This document shows positions 10,212-20,557 of a stretch of 64,000 bases of DNA, piece after piece; position 1 is the stretch's first letter, and each line of letters starts with the position of its first letter. The notes under the pieces were generated by a model. That model was not told the DNA's origin and did no database searches. It was given only the letters and a program-made list of their open reading frames with translations. The stretch covers positions 32,001-96,000 of the forward strand of contig CANLTW010000002.1 in assembly GCA_947494155.1 (NCBI GenBank), written 5' to 3'. Source of the DNA: Chlamydiota bacterium. Lineage in GTDB: Bacteria > Chlamydiota > Chlamydiia > Chlamydiales > RGXB01. Position numbers and translations under genes: made by a program.

Positions 10212-11239
10212 TGTGTCGTCTATTTTATGCTTTTTTATGGGTTTTAGCTATCTATTCATCGATATATATAGGCCATTTTAGCCCCTCATGGTTGCAAAAA
10301 CCGGTGAAATCGATCGACTTTTTTTGCTGGGGAGATACGATTGAACCAGAACTGCTCGAGGAGTTTGAAAAAACCACTCAAATCCATGTAAATATCCACC
10401 CTTTCAGCTCGAATGAGGAGATGATTGTCAAACTCAAAGCGCTCGATGGAAAAGGTTACGATCTTATTTGTGCGTCGGATTATGCGATTCGGATTTTAAA
10501 AGAGGAAAAGCTAATCTCTCGTATTGATCACAACCTGATTCCCAACATAGCAACCATCGACCCCTACCTATTGCATCAAAGCTTCGACCCCCAAAATGAG
10601 GTCTCATTGCCTGTGGAATGGGAGCCGTATGTGATAGTTACAAAAGAACCGTCCAATCTTGGGATAGCGGATCTGTTCAAAGAGCAGGGTAAAAACCGAG
10701 TTGTCATGACCCCCGATCCTGTCGAAGCGATCATGTATGCGGCTTATACACTTTATGGAAAAGTGGATCACTTAAGCGATGATCAGCTTCAAGAAGTAGG
10801 GTCTCTTTTAAAAATGCAAAAAAAATCCATAGAAGCCTACGTCGATCACCGAGCGAAATACCTAATTGAAACAGGGAATTGCGATTTGGCCCTTATTCGT
10901 AGTGGTTTTGCCCGTTTGATGGAAAAAGACAATGTGCCCATCCACTACCAACTGCCTAAGGACTGGCACTTTATTAATATAGAAAACCTCGCTATCACAG
11001 CCTCGACCGAAAAAAGGGAGGAGGTGCATGCATTTATTAACTTTTTTCTCTCTAAACATTCTCAGAAAGTACATAGCGAAAATACTCTAGTGTTTCCGGT
11101 GCATAAAGAGCTCACCAGCAATGCACAGATTGTGGAAGAGATCCATCAAAAAAATGACCCGCAGTTCTTTCACTATCTCGCTAAAGAGGAGGATACACGG
11201 GATTTATGGGTTTCATTAAAAAGGCACCAGCCCAAATAA
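10211..11239 (+). CDS. potD: Polyamine ABC transporter substrate-binding protein
   Basis: Start re-called at ATG 10211; W.D.I.PELLEEFEK.T.I.V, SNEEM, GYDLI.ASDY. Confidence 0.82.
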   Translation: MCRLFYAFLWVLAIYSSIYIGHFSPSWLQKPVKSIDFFCWGDTIEPELLEEFEKTTQIHVNIHPFSSNEEMIVKLKALDGKGYDLICASDYAIRILKEEKLISRIDHNLIPNIATIDPYLLHQSFDPQNEVSLPVEWEPYVIVTKEPSNLGIADLFKEQGKNRVVMTPDPVEAIMYAAYTLYGKVDHLSDDQLQEVGSLLKMQKKSIEAYVDHRAKYLIETGNCDLALIRSGFARLMEKDNVPIHYQLPKDWHFINIENLAITASTEKREEVHAFINFFLSKHSQKVHSENTLVFPVHKELTSNAQIVEEIHQKNDPQFFHYLAKEEDTRDLWVSLKRHQPK

Positions 11240-11255
11240 TAGATCGATTTAGACG

Positions 11256-11290
11256 AGACCTCCCTGAATGTGCGTTTTCGAGAGAGGTCT
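11256..11290. terminator. Hairpin between convergent potD and acpP
   Basis: AGACCTC...GAGGTCT inverted repeat. Confidence 0.45.
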
Positions 11291-11300
11291 AGCCCAAGAA

Positions 11301-11549
11301 CTAGCTTAAGTGTTTTTCGATGTAGTGTACAACGTCTCGAACTGTTTTAAGATTTTGAGCATCTGTATCAGGAATCTCTTTTTTGAATTTTTCCTCAAAT
11401 GCCATCAGTAGTTCTACGGTGTCCAAAGAATCGGCACCAAGATCTTCCATAATTGTAGAGTCAAGAGTCACCTTGTCTTCTGCAACACCAAGTTGCTCCA
11501 CGATGATTTTCTTTACTTCTTCAAAAATTGTTTCAACTTTTTCGCTCAT
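11301..11549 (-). CDS. acpP: Acyl carrier protein
   Basis: [12 protein letters not shown] phosphopantetheine site. Confidence 0.97.
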   Translation of the reverse strand: MSEKVETIFEEVKKIIVEQLGVAEDKVTLDSTIMEDLGADSLDTVELLMAFEEKFKKEIPDTDAQNLKTVRDVVHYIEKHLS

Positions 11550-11571
11550 GATGTTGTTGCTTCCTTTTTCA

Positions 11572-12273
11572 TTAGTGTAAAGTTAAACCTCCGTCAACGG
11601 TCACAACTTGACCATTAACGTAGCTGAAGTTCATCGAGAGGTGGTAAACTACCTCAGCGATTTCTTCCGGTTGTGCCATCCGCGCCAGAGGGATGTGCTT
11701 CATAATCTCTTGCTTGAGGGCATCGGGCAAATCTTTTGTCATCTTCGTATCGGTAAACCCGGGGCGTACTACATTTACCCGCACATTTCTTTTTCCTATC
11801 TCTAGGGCTAAGGACTTAGCCATCCCCTCTAATCCAGCTTTGCTAGCAGCATAATTTGCTTGCCCGGCATTTCCTCTAGCAGAGACAGAACTCAAATAGA
11901 TAATAGATCCCGACTGTTTTTTTAGCATATCAGAAATGAAAGCCTTTGTAATCCAAAAAGGAGAGTAGAGATTCGTTTTTATAACAGCATCAAAGTCTTC
12001 ATCTTTCATCCGCAAAAAAAGGGTATCCTTACACATCCCTGCATTCAATATAAGAATATCTACAGGCCCAACCTCGGAGTAAAGTCTCGGTATCTCCTCT
12101 CGGATCGAGGTGTCGATTGCGTGGAATTTTAACCTTGAATCTAGCTGGGCTATTTTGTCTCCTGACTCTACATCTCTACCGGTAAAATGGATCTCGGCTT
12201 GAGTCTCTTTAAGAAACTTTTCGACGATCTTCAGGCCGATTCCCTTTGTTCCTCCCGTTACAAGAACGCGCAT
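11572..12273 (-). CDS. fabG: 3-oxoacyl-ACP reductase
   Basis: [23 protein letters not shown]; fab operon context. Confidence 0.93.
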   Translation of the reverse strand: MRVLVTGGTKGIGLKIVEKFLKETQAEIHFTGRDVESGDKIAQLDSRLKFHAIDTSIREEIPRLYSEVGPVDILILNAGMCKDTLFLRMKDEDFDAVIKTNLYSPFWITKAFISDMLKKQSGSIIYLSSVSARGNAGQANYAASKAGLEGMAKSLALEIGKRNVRVNVVRPGFTDTKMTKDLPDALKQEIMKHIPLARMAQPEEIAEVVYHLSMNFSYVNGQVVTVDGGLTLH

Positions 12274-13172
12274 ACCTCAAACTCCTTTAAATCCTTAACG
12301 GTGTTCACCGAAATCACCCGAGCTTCAATGTTTTTTTGGACAAGCCCTTTTACCACAGTTCCGGGGCCTAATTCTAAAAAGGGGGCAAAATCTCCCACAG
12401 TCTGAATCGACTCAGAAAGCTTAACGCTGCTAATGAGTTGTTTTGCCAAGAGATCCTTGATCCTCGCAGGATCTTTCTCGCTTTGTGCACTGGCGTTCAT
12501 TACCACATCAAAAGAGGGGGCATGAAACGGGGTTTGCTCTACGATTGGATAAAACTTTTCGTAAGCGCTCATCATTAATGAAGAGTGGAATGCGCCACAC
12601 ACATCCAACGGTATTACCCGCTTAGCACCATTTTTTTTCAGATTCTCGATCGATTGTTCGATATCCTCTTTACTTCCAGATATGACCGTTTGGAGCGGAG
12701 TATTAAGATTAGCTACTACACTTGTGCCGTAAAGTTGAGGAGCTATTTTCTCTTGAGCCAGCCCAATCACCGCAGCCATCCTCCCCTCACGCTCCATAGC
12801 TGCTGCCTGCATCAGCTCTCCTCGCGTCTTGACTAAGTGCAAACAGTCCGAATAACTGAGAGCATTGGCTATTGTTAAAATACTGTATTCTCCCAGACTT
12901 AACCCAATCCCTTTATGGAATTCTAAAGAGGGGCAAACCTCGTGCAAAACCCGATAAATTCCAATTGTAGTAGCGTAGATGCTCAGCTGACTTTTATTTG
13001 TCTCGCTTAAATTTTCCTGACTTCCTTCATATATCCACGAGCGAATAGGTAGACGGGTGATATCTTCCGCCTCCTCCATAGTCTGTCTAAATAACGAAAA
13101 ATTCTCATGGAAATCTTTGCCCATATGGACAAACTGGGCCCCTTGCCCCTGGGTTAAAAGTGTATACTTCAT
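12258..13172 (-). CDS. fabD: Malonyl-CoA:ACP transacylase
   Basis: GQGAQ, GLSLGEY, GAFHS, ELGPG. Confidence 0.95.
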   Translation of the reverse strand: MKYTLLTQGQGAQFVHMGKDFHENFSLFRQTMEEAEDITRLPIRSWIYEGSQENLSETNKSQLSIYATTIGIYRVLHEVCPSLEFHKGIGLSLGEYSILTIANALSYSDCLHLVKTRGELMQAAAMEREGRMAAVIGLAQEKIAPQLYGTSVVANLNTPLQTVISGSKEDIEQSIENLKKNGAKRVIPLDVCGAFHSSLMMSAYEKFYPIVEQTPFHAPSFDVVMNASAQSEKDPARIKDLLAKQLISSVKLSESIQTVGDFAPFLELGPGTVVKGLVQKNIEARVISVNTVKDLKEFEVCAFL

Positions 13173-14101
13173 AAGCTGGTAAAGAGCGCTCCGGCATAGG
13201 TAAATCCCGCACCAAAAGCCACAGACATGTAGCGGTGGTTTGGTTCATGGGGTACAGATTGCAATAAAATGGGTATGGAGGCAGCAGAGGTATTAGCGGT
13301 AAACTCGATAGTTGTCGGGATTTTTTCCTCTGGGATAAGAAAACGTTTCTGGATGTTTTGGATGATTCGTCGGTTCGCCTGATGAAAAAGCACATAACGG
13401 ATATTTTCCATCGACAGCTTCTCCTCCTCCAAAAGCCTGTCCATCACCTCTACACCCCGCTGGATTGCCGTTTTGAAAACCTCTTGACCCAACATCTTCA
13501 TCGACCCACCCTGGGGAATATACAACGAATCGGCTAAATACCCATCAAGCCCTAAGATAATCCGATCAATACGAAGCCCCTTTCCTCCACTCGTAATCAC
13601 CGATGCGCCCGCCCCATCACCAAATAAAATTACAGTAGAGCGATCATTTGGGTCGAGAACTTGGCTCATTTTTTCACATCCGATCAAAAGGATGGTTTTA
13701 TACATGCCCGCTTCAATGTAAGCCTTGGCAACGCTTAATCCGTAAAGGTATCCGGAGCAAGCAGCAGAAATGTCCATCGCAGGAGCTTTGCATCCCGATA
13801 ATTTCGACTGAATCAGTGCGGCTGTTGAAGGTAAAGGCTGATCTGGAGTCATTGTGGCGACGAGGATCAAATCTACATCACCGGGAGATATTTTCGCTTT
13901 CGACATCGCCTCATTGGCAGCTATAACTCCCATGTCCGAGGCTTTCATCTCCAAAGCTGCCCACCTCCGCTCTTTAATCCCTGTCCGCTCGAAAATCCAG
14001 GAGTCGGAGGTGTCCAAATAGGAGGCAAAATGGGAGTTGTCCACCCTTTCTGGGGGCAGATAGGCTGCACTAGCTATGATTGTTGCCGGTTCGAAACGCA
14101 T
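13169..14101 (-). CDS. fabH: 3-oxoacyl-ACP synthase III
   Basis: AACSG, LFGDGAGA, HQAN, NTSAASIP, FGAG catalytic Cys-His-Asn motifs. Confidence 0.95.
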   Translation of the reverse strand: MRFEPATIIASAAYLPPERVDNSHFASYLDTSDSWIFERTGIKERRWAALEMKASDMGVIAANEAMSKAKISPGDVDLILVATMTPDQPLPSTAALIQSKLSGCKAPAMDISAACSGYLYGLSVAKAYIEAGMYKTILLIGCEKMSQVLDPNDRSTVILFGDGAGASVITSGGKGLRIDRIILGLDGYLADSLYIPQGGSMKMLGQEVFKTAIQRGVEVMDRLLEEEKLSMENIRYVLFHQANRRIIQNIQKRFLIPEEKIPTTIEFTANTSAASIPILLQSVPHEPNHRYMSVAFGAGFTYAGALFTSL

Positions 14102-14448
14102 CTTTTGGGATTCAACTTCAATGTAGCGAGACCCCTAAAGGGGTGGGTTTCCATTCAATTTTTTACAGCTCATGTATATCTTACCTCGTTGAAAAAAGAC
14201 CCCATATGCAAGGGTTTTTTTTTAAAGGAAGTCTGTCCTGAACATGCTAATCGAAAGAGGGTTAAAAAGGAAGTTTGAATCCGAAAAAAGAGCCGTTTTT
14301 TTCTGATCTATTCAGAAAATGAATCAACAAAAACAAAAAGAATTCTTTAAACAAAAATCAAGCTAGCATTAGGAGAAAAATACTAAAGGAAACAGCACTT
14401 TTGTATTTCGATATACAAGAAAAGCCCCCCCCCTTTAAAATAGAGGCT

Positions 14449-15045
14449 ATGCGCTACCCTGACCCTATCCTTAATCTTGTTGCCCATCTACAAAAACTTC
14501 CCGGCATCGGACGGAAAACAGCAGAGAAGTTTGCCTTCCACCTACTCGATTGGGAAAAAGCCCAACTGGACAATCTAGCTTACGCTATCCTAAGCTCTAA
14601 AGAAAAGTTGACGCGCTGCTCTACATGCAACGGTCTTCACGACAAAACTGTCTGCCCTTTTTGCGATAGCAAAGCGCGATACGGGCAAACACTATGCATA
14701 GTCTCAAGCCCAAAACACATCTACGCAGTGGAATCGACCCATCTTTTTGAAGGGGTGTACCATGTGCTATCTAAACTCATCTCCCCTATTGAAAACCGTT
14801 ACGTTGAAGAGGAAGAACTCCAAAGGATAAGGGATAGGATTGTAGAGCACAATATACAAGAGGTGATTATTGCCCTTGACGCAACCCTTGAGGGGGATGC
14901 CACAGCCCTATTTTTGCGCCAGCAACTTAAAGATCTCCCTTTGCATATTTCAAGATTAGCCCATGGACTCCCCATCGGCGGCTCACTTGAGTACGTAGAT
15001 GAAGAGACGCTCCACTTGGCGCTACGAGGGCGAGTTAAGCTCTAA
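14449..15045 (+). CDS. recR: Recombination mediator RecR
   Basis: LPGIGRKTA HhH, C4 zinc finger, Toprim EVIIA..EGDATA; start re-called at ATG 14449. Confidence 0.95.
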   Translation: MRYPDPILNLVAHLQKLPGIGRKTAEKFAFHLLDWEKAQLDNLAYAILSSKEKLTRCSTCNGLHDKTVCPFCDSKARYGQTLCIVSSPKHIYAVESTHLFEGVYHVLSKLISPIENRYVEEEELQRIRDRIVEHNIQEVIIALDATLEGDATALFLRQQLKDLPLHISRLAHGLPIGGSLEYVDEETLHLALRGRVKL

Positions 15046-15312
15046 CTTTTTTGCATCTGTAAAAAATTCTCAACCTAAAAGAGCACCCGTTTCTTAACAA
15101 TCCTCCTGTTAATTTAAAGAGACTAAAAAAGAAGAGCCTCTTTCAAAGACTCTCTATTTACACTCCTATCAGCCCCTTTTTTTGAAACATTTTAAAGAAC
15201 AAGAAAAAGGGCTCTAAGGCATTTGCAGAGGAGAAAGTGAATGCTTTATGGCGATTTGCCTATTTGAAAAGACTTCTATTGCCTAAATCAACTTTTCTCA
15301 TATAATAGACAC

Positions 15313-17748
15313 ATGAAAAATTTTTTAGCTCTTCTTCTCTTTTTATGTTCTCTACAGCTCTTTTCGCAGGAAACATTTGACGTTTATGATGGGAAAATTG
15401 TGCGAAAAATCTCGGTGATTTTCGATACAAAAAACCAAAACCCCGAAGAGACACGCTCCATACAAGACAGACTTAGAACGAAATCGGGAGACGTTTTCTC
15501 CTCGTCGACTTTTGATGAAGACCTGAAGATGTTAGCAAAAAATAACCGCTCGGTGATTCCTCAGGTCAAAATTGAGGACAACATGGTGGAAATCAACATC
15601 TATGTCTATCCCAAAACAGTCCTTTCGAAAATCGTTTTAGGCCCCTCCAGCTCCGATTTAAAATTATCAAGAAAACGTATTCTAGCCGCATGTAGCGAAG
15701 CAGAACTGGAGATCAACCAGCCCTATGACAGCGAAATCATCGCAAGCGCTGTCGCTAACATCAAAGATGCCTACATCAGCTTCGGCTACTACGATATTCG
15801 CGTGCTCACCAAAGAGCAGGTAAATGAACTGAACCAAGGCACACTCTACCTTGACATCTACCCAGGCCCAAAAGGGTTTGTGCACGAGGTGGAGATCGAG
15901 GGTATAGCTGACCATCCCCTGCGCCATCGTGTTTTAGAGATGATCCAGACTAAACGGCTCAGCATGATCAGCTTCTTGACAGGTTCCGGAAAAGTTGATA
16001 GAGCCCTTTTGGAGCAAGACCAGCTTATCATCCTCCATTATCTCCAAAACAAGGGTTACCTTGACGCCGAGGTCGAGATTGAAGTGCAAGATCTGGGCAA
16101 AAACCAGCGCAAAGTGATCATCCATATCAAACTTGGCGATCAGTACTATTTTGGAAATATCCGTTTCGAGGGGAACACCTTTTACGAGCCCGACAAGGTG
16201 CGTGAGGTTATCGCTGAAGAGATCGTCAGTGATAAACCCTATTCACAAGACGAGCTCATGGCCATGGCCAAAAAGCTCAAAGAGTTCTACGGAAATGAGG
16301 GGATGATTGAAACTAGCGTTCAATATGTCTATGAATACAATTTTGAGACAAACCGCATCGATATCCTCTTTATCATCAACGAATCTAAGGTGTTCAAAGT
16401 AGGGAGAATTATCGTACGCGGAAACAACAATACCGAAACGAGAATTATCCTTTCACAAAGTGAGCTAGTACCAGGGCAAGTATACCGCTCTTACCAGCTT
16501 CAAGATACTCAGATGCGTTTACAGTCGCTTAATTACTTTAAAACTGTTGATGTAGTTGCCGTCAAAGAGCCTAGCAAATCTCTAGGTGATGAGTATCGGG
16601 ATGTGATCATCGACGTACAGGAAAAAGGGACCGGTTCGGCAAACCTTTTCTTTGGATTCAACTCAACAGAAAGCGCCTACGGCGGACTCAACATTACTGA
16701 GAATAACTTCAACCATAGGGGTCTATTGAACTGGTGGCACCAGGGTGTCTCTAAGATTCGTGGTGGTGGTGAGCGTTTAGGCTTCAAAGCTCAAATCGGT
16801 TTAAAAGAGCAATCCTATAGCCTGAACTGGACAGATCCGAATTTTAATGACTCGAACTGGAGAATCGGTTTCGATGTGACCTATGGGACCAGCAAAGTGC
16901 AGTCCAACGATTATACGATTGACAGTGTCGTCTTCCAGCTTTTTGCCGGTTACCCGATTGCCCGTTACGCAGCTCTTGGTTTGAAAGGGCGCGTCAGGGA
17001 CTCGTTTACCCGTGTGCGTCAAAGTGCACCCCCTGCTGTTCAAGAACAGCGTGGTAACAACGGAGTTGTTGGGGGCGCAGGACCGAACTTCGCCTATGAC
17101 TCGACCGATAACGGATTCAGACCCCATAAAGGTGCTCGTATCCTTTTTGATACCGAAGTAGACGGTGTTGTGCGTAAAGCAAATGAGGTGCCCCGTTCGT
17201 TCCCAATCATTCGACTTGCAAGCTTGAACAGCTATTACTTTCCTCTTGGAAGAAGAGCTACACTTAAACTTAGAGGAGAATACAAGGTTCTTCTACCACT
17301 AGGCAGAGGCAAAGCTGGGGATGTTCCATTAAGCGAGCGCTTCTTTTTGGGAGGTGTAGATTCTTTAAGAGGGATCAAGCCTGGAGCTTTGGGACCTTTA
17401 TTCCCCAATAACGCATCTGCTCCATTGAATACTGACGGAAGTGTCGTCAATTGGCAGGACGGAAATCCGGAAAACCCCACCGGGGGTATCACTTCTCTCT
17501 TGCTTTCTGCAGAGGTTGCGATTAAAATTGCTAAACCAATTGATGTTTTCGCCTTCGTAGACGGTGGATCTATCTCCTTGATGCGCTGGCAGGTTGGACA
17601 ATTTGTCCCCACTGGCGGTTTTGGTGTGAGATTAGACATCGGACGGGGCGCGCCCGTGACAGTAGGTGTGGGATTCCCCATGCGCTCAGACGGCGGAATT
17701 AAACAAATTTCTGAAACTGTGTTCTTCTCTATGGGAGCCGCTTTCTAG
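15313..17748 (+). CDS. bamA: Outer membrane protein assembly factor BamA/Omp85
   Basis: Signal peptide, POTRA repeats, FFLGGVDSLRG, C-terminal Phe. Confidence 0.95.
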   Translation: MKNFLALLLFLCSLQLFSQETFDVYDGKIVRKISVIFDTKNQNPEETRSIQDRLRTKSGDVFSSSTFDEDLKMLAKNNRSVIPQVKIEDNMVEINIYVYPKTVLSKIVLGPSSSDLKLSRKRILAACSEAELEINQPYDSEIIASAVANIKDAYISFGYYDIRVLTKEQVNELNQGTLYLDIYPGPKGFVHEVEIEGIADHPLRHRVLEMIQTKRLSMISFLTGSGKVDRALLEQDQLIILHYLQNKGYLDAEVEIEVQDLGKNQRKVIIHIKLGDQYYFGNIRFEGNTFYEPDKVREVIAEEIVSDKPYSQDELMAMAKKLKEFYGNEGMIETSVQYVYEYNFETNRIDILFIINESKVFKVGRIIVRGNNNTETRIILSQSELVPGQVYRSYQLQDTQMRLQSLNYFKTVDVVAVKEPSKSLGDEYRDVIIDVQEKGTGSANLFFGFNSTESAYGGLNITENNFNHRGLLNWWHQGVSKIRGGGERLGFKAQIGLKEQSYSLNWTDPNFNDSNWRIGFDVTYGTSKVQSNDYTIDSVVFQLFAGYPIARYAALGLKGRVRDSFTRVRQSAPPAVQEQRGNNGVVGGAGPNFAYDSTDNGFRPHKGARILFDTEVDGVVRKANEVPRSFPIIRLASLNSYYFPLGRRATLKLRGEYKVLLPLGRGKAGDVPLSERFFLGGVDSLRGIKPGALGPLFPNNASAPLNTDGSVVNWQDGNPENPTGGITSLLLSAEVAIKIAKPIDVFAFVDGGSISLMRWQVGQFVPTGGFGVRLDIGRGAPVTVGVGFPMRSDGGIKQISETVFFSMGAAF

Positions 17749-17780
17749 AAAAAAAATAGTTAAATTAAATAAAGGTAGAT

Positions 17781-18323
17781 ATGGCACTCAATCGCTGGAT
17801 CATAAACTTAGCCCTTTTAGGTTTTACCGCATTACCTATCAGCGCAAAAGAAAAAGCCCCAAAAATGGCCTACGGATTCGTCAATTTCGAGACCTGCGTC
17901 ACAAATAGCCTTCGTGGAAAGAAAGAACGTGAACTCTTGGACAAGCAAAAAACTGAAATGGAAAAGATCCTCAAAGATCTCGAAGTGCAGTTGAATGATA
18001 CGCATAAAAAGCGCTCCGACCAGGACTATCTTGACGCCCTATCCCCTCAAGCGATTGATGAGCTCAACCAGACTTACCAAAATCAGATCGAAGACATAAA
18101 AAAGGCGCAATCTCAGTACTATCAAGTGCTTCAGCAAGCTCAAGGAAGAGTCTATAACGTCATCCATACTGAAATCAAAAGAGCCTCTGAGAAGGTTGCC
18201 AAAGACCGTAACCTTGAGTCCGTTTTGCAATCAGACGCGGCATTCTTTTCCAACAGTGATCTTGATATCACAGAATATGTCGTAAAAGAAATGGACCGAC
18301 TATTTTCTCAAGATTCCAAATAA
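17781..18323 (+). CDS. skp: Skp/OmpH periplasmic chaperone
   Basis: Signal peptide, GFVNF, coiled coil, DIT..V; position between bamA and lpxD. Confidence 0.9.
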   Translation: MALNRWIINLALLGFTALPISAKEKAPKMAYGFVNFETCVTNSLRGKKERELLDKQKTEMEKILKDLEVQLNDTHKKRSDQDYLDALSPQAIDELNQTYQNQIEDIKKAQSQYYQVLQQAQGRVYNVIHTEIKRASEKVAKDRNLESVLQSDAAFFSNSDLDITEYVVKEMDRLFSQDSK

Positions 18324-18329
18324 AGCACT

Positions 18330-18354
18330 AACCCCTCCCCCATAAAGAGGGGTT
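18330..18354 (+). terminator. Intra-operon hairpin between skp and lpxD
   Basis: AACCCCTC...GAGGGGTT inverted repeat followed by a short T run. Confidence 0.45.
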
Positions 18355-18391
18355 TAACATTCCCTTGAAAGAACTCTTTTAGGTCCAAATT

Positions 18392-19438
18392 ATGCTCCTG
18401 AAATCCTCCTCATTTAAAACATTTACTCTTCAACAACTTGCCTCTCTTCTTAACGCCGAAGCGGTAGGTTCTTTAGAAACCGAGATCAACAGTGCAGATG
18501 ATCTTCTTACCGCAACTCAAGAGGACATCTCCTTTTACTCCAACGAGAAGTATTACTCACAATTTGCCTCCTCAAAAGCGGGGATTATTTTAGTCGGGCC
18601 TGATGTCGAACTTGTGGAGGGGAAAGCCTACCTCATCCATCCCAAACCCTCTTTAGCTTTTCAAACTGTGTTGCAATTTCTTTTTGAGCATCGAGACATC
18701 CGCTCGGGATTCAAGGATATTCACCCAACGGCTGTAATCCACCCAACCGCTAAGATTGGAGAAGGGGTGCGGATTGGACCAAATGTAGTGATCGATAGAG
18801 AGGTTGTAGTCAGCGACTTTACACAAATTGATGCCGGGTGTGTGATCTATCCGCTTGTCCAGATTGGAAAATACTGCCATTTTTATGCAAATGTTACAGT
18901 GCGCGAAGAGGTAATCATCAAAAATAGGGTGATTCTTCAGCCCAATTGTGTGATCGGGGGCTGTGGTTTTGGCTACGAGTCTGATGTGCACCGTGGGGTC
19001 GTAAAATTGGAGCACTATGGTAAAGTGATTTTAGAAGATGATGTTGAGATTGGCTCGGGCACAACGATCGACCGTGCTCGCTTTAAATCTACAAGAATAG
19101 GCCGTATGACCAAAATCGACAACCTCGTACAAATTGGTCATAATGTCGATATTGGAATGGCTAATTTCATCGTGGCTCAAGTGGGGATTGCAGGATCTAC
19201 GAAAGTAGGTGATCGAGTGCAGATCGGGGGGCAAGCGGGACTTAATGGCCATATTAAAATTGGATCAGACGTCCAAATCGGAGCTAAGTCGGGGGTAATG
19301 GCCTCTATTCTTGAGCCTGGGATGTATGTGGGATTGCCCGCAGGACCCGCTATGGATCAAGGAAGACTTCATACACGACTAAAAAAGCTGGATCAGTTAT
19401 TTAAACGTGTAGATGCCTTGGAAAATTCTAAGGGTTAA
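18392..19438 (+). CDS. lpxD: UDP-3-O-acylglucosamine N-acyltransferase
   Basis: Hexapeptide repeats, GFGY, TTIDRA, KIDNLVQIGHNV. Confidence 0.96.
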   Translation: MLLKSSSFKTFTLQQLASLLNAEAVGSLETEINSADDLLTATQEDISFYSNEKYYSQFASSKAGIILVGPDVELVEGKAYLIHPKPSLAFQTVLQFLFEHRDIRSGFKDIHPTAVIHPTAKIGEGVRIGPNVVIDREVVVSDFTQIDAGCVIYPLVQIGKYCHFYANVTVREEVIIKNRVILQPNCVIGGCGFGYESDVHRGVVKLEHYGKVILEDDVEIGSGTTIDRARFKSTRIGRMTKIDNLVQIGHNVDIGMANFIVAQVGIAGSTKVGDRVQIGGQAGLNGHIKIGSDVQIGAKSGVMASILEPGMYVGLPAGPAMDQGRLHTRLKKLDQLFKRVDALENSKG

Positions 19439-19446
19439 AAAGGCTT

Positions 19447-20379
19447 ATGATTACAAACTATATCAAACAGACCGAGCAGGACCAGTTCCAGGTAGTGGAT
19501 GACCCCAAACCTGGCTGCTGGATTCATGTAGATATGGCTACTAATCAAGATATCACCACAATAGCCCATTTAATCAATATCGATGTAGCAGACCTCATAG
19601 ACTGTATTGACCGCTTTGAGATCCCTCGCCTAGAAACTTTTGATGATGTAGCTATTGTTATCACCCGATATCCGTCTAAAACTACCACGTCGACCGATAT
19701 TGGATTATATACCACAACATTCGCAATGGTTTTGTCCAAAGACTATTTTATTACTATTTGTACCGAGAAAAGTTCTCTGGTAAAAAATGTTGTCAATCGA
19801 AAGAGTGATCTATTGACGGCTCAAAAGACGCGCCTGCTTGTCCTTTTTTTAGGAAAAATTACCCAAGAGTATACTGTAAATATCAAATTAATCCGCTCAA
19901 ATGTCTTGCACCAAGAAAAAGATTTGGGTCAAATCGATTCAGATGATATTAATGCGATGACAATTTATGAAGAAAATCTTAACCAGTATCTTTCTGCGCT
20001 TGTCCCGTTGCGCTCTGTCTTCGACCAAATTAGCTTAGGAAAGATTTCTTTATTGATAGAGGAGGATCAAGATCTTATTGAAGGGCTTGTCCATGCGATT
20101 CGACAGTCGGAAGATCTTTGTAAAATCAATATGCGCAGTTTAGCAAGGCTCCGTAACTCCTACCAAATCATTTTTACTAATCAGCTTAACAAAACGATCA
20201 AACTCTTGACCGCCTTGACGATCATTCTAAATATCCCCACTATGATTGCTAGTATTTACGGGATGAATATCAACCTCCCCGGCCAAGACCTTGCTAATGC
20301 CTGGCTTTTTATTATGGTGATGATCTTTGGCGGAACGCTTGCCGGTTTTGTCTATTTTAGAAAAAATAAATGGCTCTAA
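19447..20379 (+). CDS. corA: CorA-family Mg2+/divalent cation transporter
   Basis: PTMIASIYGMN (GMN motif), two C-terminal TM, KNKWL end. Confidence 0.92.
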   Translation: MITNYIKQTEQDQFQVVDDPKPGCWIHVDMATNQDITTIAHLINIDVADLIDCIDRFEIPRLETFDDVAIVITRYPSKTTTSTDIGLYTTTFAMVLSKDYFITICTEKSSLVKNVVNRKSDLLTAQKTRLLVLFLGKITQEYTVNIKLIRSNVLHQEKDLGQIDSDDINAMTIYEENLNQYLSALVPLRSVFDQISLGKISLLIEEDQDLIEGLVHAIRQSEDLCKINMRSLARLRNSYQIIFTNQLNKTIKLLTALTIILNIPTMIASIYGMNINLPGQDLANAWLFIMVMIFGGTLAGFVYFRKNKWL

Positions 20380-20557
20380 TCCTCAAAACCCTCCTCATCG
20401 AAAAAAATTAAATCCTTTTTTGTTTAAAACAGTTACCTATAAAATACTCTCTTTAATTCCATCCATTTATTTAAACACCCATCTCCTATTTTTAGTTCAA
20501 TAGTAAAACGCACTTTCGAATTGAGACTTCTAAGATGAAATAGTCAAAAAAATCCTG

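Noticed and set aside
16801..17681. Antisense ORFs of 108 and 148 aa inside bamA, and similar short ORFs within nrdA, htrA and sucC
   Set aside because: Fully nested opposite well-supported genes, with no motifs
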